Assembly: GCA_051294375.1 (NCBI GenBank)
Contig: CM119269.1
Span: 12,866,790-12,930,789, forward strand
DNA from: Paraspadella gotoi
Taxonomy: Eukaryota > Animalia > Chaetognatha
Direction: 5' to 3'
Length of the DNA: 64,000 bases
In this document: piece by piece, positions 1-64,000 of the stretch
How positions within the stretch are numbered: the first letter of the stretch is position 1
Layout: each line of letters opens with the position of its first letter
Notes under the pieces: model-generated
Seen by the model: the letters and a program-made list of their open reading frames with translations, nothing else
Database searches by the model: none
What the model was told of the DNA's origin: nothing
Made by a program: the position numbers and the translations under genes

Positions 1-435
1 ACAAAACATAAGCTTTAATTTGAGACCTCTCCACAACTTTTTACAATTTTTCATTATTAAACATCGATAATTGGAAAAGTATTTTTTGGATTTTTAAAAA
101 TAAAGTATGTAAAATGAAGTATTTTTCCGCTCTTTAATTGACGCAGGTAAAATTGATTCCGACTGATATTTTTTAAGATATCTTTCATTTTAATGAAAAA
201 AACCGTTTTTTTGCAAATTTTGAAGAGTTGCAAGCACTTATTGATCGATTTTCAAAAAACAAAGATAGAAAAAAATTAGTAGCATATATAGGTCTAATTT
301 GTACTATAGTGCTAAATTCTGTAAAAAACTTTTTAAAATTTGCTAAGGCCTAATATACAGTATATGTTTTATGATTTGGATTTAAGATCAGAAAAAGATA
401 TATATTATGTTTAAGACTATACATTTTCAAAATGG

Positions 436-552
436 AATTTAGATTTAGATTTGGATAGCGATTTGGATTTAGATTTAGATTTAGATTTTAATAAATATTT
501 ATGATCGGATATTGATTTAGATTTGGATAACGATTTGGACTTAGATTTAGAT

Positions 553-555
<3 letters not shown>
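436..555. repeat. (GATTTA/GATTTG)n hexamer repeat starting at the DAPK stop codon (3' UTR)
   Basis: Seen directly; two similar blocks. Confidence 0.85.
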
Positions 556-58909
<58,354 letters not shown>

Positions 58910-59009
58910 GTTGTTGTTAATGTTATTTCTATTTTTTATAATTATGGCCAAAAAATATGTTTCTCATAAGCGCAATATTGAATAACAATTTTTTTAATTA
59001 TTATTATTC

Positions 59010-59085
<76 letters not shown>

Positions 59086-59285
59086 CATTATTGTTTTTAT
59101 TTTTAATTTGAATTATCATAAAGATTCAACAGTAGAAAAAAGATATTATAGTAAAGTTAACTCGTCTCACGACCGAAATTATTTGAACGAAAACAAAGTT
59201 AAAAGTTAAAAGTTAAAAGTGTCTTCTTTTCTCGGGTCGAATTTCATCGGGTCATGATCAAACCATGGGTTCTGATTTCCCCCGC

Positions 59286-59343
<58 letters not shown>

Positions 59344-59982
59344 CATCTTTGAGCCGGTTTCCATTCAAATCCCCAAAAGAGATTGTTGCTATTTAGTTAT
59401 AAAGCATGAAGAGGGAAAACGGGAGAGGAGAAGGAGGAGGAGGAGGAGAAAGAGGAGGAGGAGGAGGTTGTGATCGAATTAGAGTGGAAGACGGGGAGAA
59501 TTTCTCAAGAGGCTAATACAATGAAATTGGTACAACCAATATAAAAATTATCCATTCATTTAATAAATATTAAATAAGCTATCTTGTCCCTGACTTTGGA
59601 TAGGCTTTGGTGGTTTAAGGCCGCCATCACTCTTACAAGATAATGACATAGCAGGTCCCTGCAAGCTTTCAATCAGGATCAAGACAATATAATAAAATAT
59701 TTTAATAAAAAGAAAAATTATTAATGAATTATTGATATAATTAAGTGTATTATTAATTAGTCATGATTATAATTAATAATTATTGATAATAATGATAATT
59801 ATTGATTATGGGTAATTGTTGTTAATCTACGTACATTGTAAACTTAATATGAATATAAAGCCTCCTTATTACTGATAATTATTGATAATTAAAAATTAAT
59901 AAACAAACAAAAATCTTAACTACGAATTTATTTTTTTCACAAACCTTCATATTTTATAAAATTGAGGATTAGATATAACAAG

Positions 59983-60335
59983 ATCGGTTCATCCAATGTG
60001 TTGCGCCGCAGTGACTATATTTTCACGTGTATTTCTCGTGTCATGGTATGACGTGACATGACATGACATGACTACAATAACTTTCTTAGCCTGTGTATTT
60101 ATAAAACGCACTGCGTCGGAATTCCGTCTTTTATTCTTTATAATTTTAAGATTTCCTAAAGGCGGCGCTAGCAGTCCCTTAGATTTGAGGTTTATTTCGG
60201 TCTTAACAAATGAGCAACTAAATATAGGCAAATTATATGCAATAAGTGGGACAGACCGACGGATAGACAACAACCGACAGACCGACCGAAGAGTGTATCA
60301 AGTTTCTCCGCGAGTACTCGCGGCGCGACTAAAAA
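59983..60335 (+). mobile_element. Non-autonomous Helentron/DINE-like element
   Basis: Degenerate GACA/GACC microsatellite followed by the palindrome CCGCGAGTACTCGCGG and a GCGACTAAAAA end. The same terminal motif (TTTTAGTCGCG) occurs at about 45226 and 62407. Family assignment is by resemblance. Confidence 0.45.
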
Positions 60336-60617
60336 CCGCGGATCGCCGAAGCATCTGAGACCCAAATATCGGCGTTGGCTTTATAGTTTATATATACGTA
60401 TATATCTGGAGAACGAAAAAAATAAGACCGTACTAAAGATATTAATTTTAATTGTTAAATAGATGAATAGTTTGAATACTTAGCCTAAGTCTTAGGTTTT
60501 TGTATGCATTTAGCGAATTATCATAACTATTCAATACACTCCTTCTTCCTCATTTCACATTAATCAAAACTCATAAACTGCTTCCTTCCCCTTTTCTTTT
60601 TTCCATAGAATTCCTCA

Positions 60618-60678
<61 letters not shown>

Positions 60679-61016
60679 CTTTTCCTCCTCCGCCTTGTCA
60701 CAACATTTTGATTTACGAAACTCTCGATGCGGCCGCGCCGACGCCTGCACCGGCTACAAGCATCGGCACCGGCCCTGCTTGCTTGCTTGCAAAAACGGCG
60801 ACGTCGGCATCCAGGAAAAAAAATTGTAGGACATCAGCGCATTCGAAACTCTCGGCACGAGAACAACGCGGGCAACTGTCTCGCTCTCTCTCTCCCTCCA
60901 CTCTCCCCGTCTCCCTCTCTATCTCTCTTCCTATCTTTCGCTCTCTGAGATATGGAATACTGGATACGGTCCGTTCCTCGACCCGACTGATACTTTTCCA
61001 GCTCAAAGCCGCCTAC

Positions 61017-61053
<37 letters not shown>

Positions 61054-63749
61054 GTGGCTCATTGCCAAAGAGCAATGGTTGAGCACTTTAAGTAGACCCA
61101 AGACAAAACAACGAAACCAGAGCTTGCTACGTCGTGCTACGAGTGCCACGTTCTCGAAACCAAAAGCTGACACGGCTTCAATATTAGAAGCTGCAACGAG
61201 GCCTCCCAACCCAAAGGACCGGAGTTTTTAGCCCGAAGGCCGCCAAGCAGTTAAGTGGGATTTGGCGCCTAAATCGCCTGTAGCAGGGTGCTACTGTCTG
61301 ATCCGAATCTCAGCCACTGCTGTTTTATGAACGATTTATGCATTAATATATTTTATATTTTTGCCTCTTCAACATTGTCATTTTCGAACATTAAATAGCA
61401 GGAATTTTTCTTTAATTTTATTTATAATTTAAATCGTACTTTCCTACTTGACGCAACCTTTTAAAGTTTTATGCTCAGTTCATGACTAGTAAGCTGTACT
61501 TAATCATTAACCTCATGGACAACTTAAGTAATTTTATTATAAATATTCAACTATGTATAAACATTGTATTAGGGTTTATACAAGTCTATGAGAAGAAGTT
61601 TGGGGGTCGGCCCCCCTAATGTTTAGGGGCTCAAATCCTGAGCTTATAAAAAAAATTTGAAAAGAAAAAAAAGTGTGAAAAGTTGAAGTAAAACTTTAAA
61701 AATCAGAGAATCTGCGAAGGATACGCAAGAGGGATGCATCACCTTACCTTTTTGCCTCACCTGTCTATATCGCTTTTAGTTTCAAGAAAAAAAGAAATGA
61801 AAAGGCTGGAAAAGGCCTTGAAAAATTATAAAAAACAAACAAACAAATGCCAATTATGATTATCAAATGTGAAAACTGGAAACTCATTCATACGGATTCC
61901 AAAATCTAAAATTTCCTTCCCGCCGACTTTGTTATAAATGGCAGTAGCTCTTCCTTGTTCTTTTTCCTTTCTTTTTCCTTTTAGCTTTTTTCAAAATCTT
62001 ATATATTGAGTCATTTTTCTCTCGCAGCTGATAAAGACTCGTCCCATAAAAAAAACAAATCGGTTATTGAGAAAGACTCAGAAATTTTTTTTTAATATGT
62101 GATTTTCCTTATGTTTGTTATATATTTATATAAGTCACTCTCATTTATATTTTACGAACAAGCTTAACTTTCACGGCTGTAAATCGTACCAAAAATATAT
62201 TCTTTTCAATTACATAGATAACGAATTAGCTACCGAAAAGCATAAAAAAAAAAAAAACTCAAAAAAACATTGAGCGAACTTTGTAACAAGAAGTAAACAT
62301 CGGAAAACTTTATGTAGTTTCTTAAGAGTCGATATAAAAACTTTGTTTTCGTCTCTGGCAGCTGACTCCATTTTTTTTCTTCCATTTTTCATATTTTCCT
62401 ATTTTTTTTAGTCGCGGCTGCTTAAACCGCGTCACCTTTCTAATTTTTAACATTACATTGTTAATGTTTATTTATGCAATATTTGGCAGAAAGTTATATT
62501 GAGGAAGTTTTGAAATATAAAGTTTAATGATTAAAATTATGTCTATCAATTTAAATTTTGCCCTTTTCCCTATCCAACCATTTTCATCCCTAATCGGAAT
62601 TATAATTATAACGATTTAAGCATACTTGATTTAATATTTGAATTTAAAATATTAGCTGAATTATTCTGGGTCGATGCGACATTACTTTTTCGTTGTAACT
62701 ATAAACTCGAGATTTTTTAAACGCGTATTTCTGTGGTTTTGTTTTTTTTTTTATGGCTTGTAATGTTTCATTTTTGTTTATCTACACATGTAGTTTGGAA
62801 TGTCATAAAAGTTTTGTTTTTGTAATTATTATAAAACAAATTGTCAGAAAAGAATGAGAAAAGTAGACGAAATAAGGGAAAAAACGACAAAAATGAAGGA
62901 AAAGAAAAAATGAAGTCAAATGAAATTAACAAAGAAAGTCTAAAATAAGGAAAAATGAGGAAAAACATTTTGGAAAAGGCGGCGAAAAAAGTGGGAAAAA
63001 GGAGAGAGAGAAAATGAGAGGGAAATCAAGATGGAAGGCGCGTTAGGACCGTTTGGTGCAGCTGAAAGTTCCTTTATGGGCACAGCGCTGGAAGCGAGAG
63101 GCCCTCCCCATCGATGGAGGCCTGAATATTCGGACCCCGACCTTTGGGTACCGAATGAGTTTCACAAAAAAAATGTGGGTCGGGTTTTTTTGAAGGGAAA
63201 CCTTGATTCGCTCACTCGCAGGGGATTTGCGAGGAAAGAAGAAAATCCTATGTATATTTTGTTTGAGCACAGAAATCTCATTATGAAACTAATTTCAATA
63301 TAAATTAAATTAATTACTATGAAGTTTTTTCAGAGAACTCATTCTGGCAAGATTTGAAGTTTGAAATTGAAATTTTTTTGGTAATTGCTTGAGAAAAATG
63401 TTGAAAGATTTATAATATTATTGTTTTAGAGAGAATATATATAATACATTATACATTATACAATATTTCGAAGGCGCCTGCCTTGATCAAAGGTGCAAAT
63501 ATGAGAAAAGAAACAGTGTCCTAGAAATACAAGAAATCTTCAGTAACGAAGAATTAAAAGCCAAGAATTTCCTCCGTTTGATCGGCCGTTAAGATTTGAG
63601 CGCGAAAAAGTGGATTTCTGAAGATTGACCGAATGATGATGGGGTCTTGATTGAATTGGATGGAAAATCTCATCTCGACAACGCGGACGTAAGAAAAAAG
63701 GGATTTGCGGGTCACATTATGAGCAGGAAAAGAAACGTCATTGAGAGCC

Positions 63750-63980
63750 TGTGACCTTGTGAAAAGGAGATCACGGGGATCGTGACATGAATGGGAGACC
63801 AGAAAGAATGGGACCTTCTGAGTCTGAAAGATTTATCTCATGGAATGTAACCTTCTGAAAGAAAGACCAGTTTGACCACAGAGAATGTAACCTTCCTGAC
63901 GGTATTTGACTTTCTAGAAGGAAGACCCCAGCGAATGTGACCTTCTCCAAAGGATTCGTGAGGGAATATGACCCTCTGGG
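63750..63980. repeat. Degenerate tandem repeat with GAATGTGACCTTCT core
   Basis: Variants at about 63750, 63807, 63843, 63883, 63933 and 63964. Confidence 0.6.
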
Positions 63981-64000
63981 AAAAAAAGGAAGGAAAAGCT

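Overview
Animal (invertebrate-type) genomic DNA: AT-rich introns, GC/CpG-rich exons, many microsatellites, three N-gaps. Almost the whole window is one minus-strand death-associated protein kinase (DAPK1-like) gene, rebuilt exon by exon by hand: kinase (5' exons not found in the window), CaM-regulatory segment, ankyrin repeats, ROC GTPase, COR and death domain, stop at 553. Three genes are nested antisense in its introns: tRNA-Glu(TTC), a ~17-exon ~1000-aa signal-peptide/multi-pass membrane protein, and a 6-exon fungal/bacterial-type DOPA 4,5-dioxygenase with a predicted signal peptide. The most unusual structure lies just after the kinase domain: a 6156-bp phase-0 giant exon plus several more phase-0 candidate exons, three of which end in stop codons. 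This suggests the locus also makes kinase isoforms with long disordered or coiled-coil tails instead of ANK-ROC-COR-DD (inference, needs RNA data). The 12.7-27.3 kb region holds duplicated, inverted, indel-rich copies around 25-N gaps, most likely a gap-filling or haplotype artefact, but it exposes a polymorphic ~240-bp insertion with a target-site duplication.
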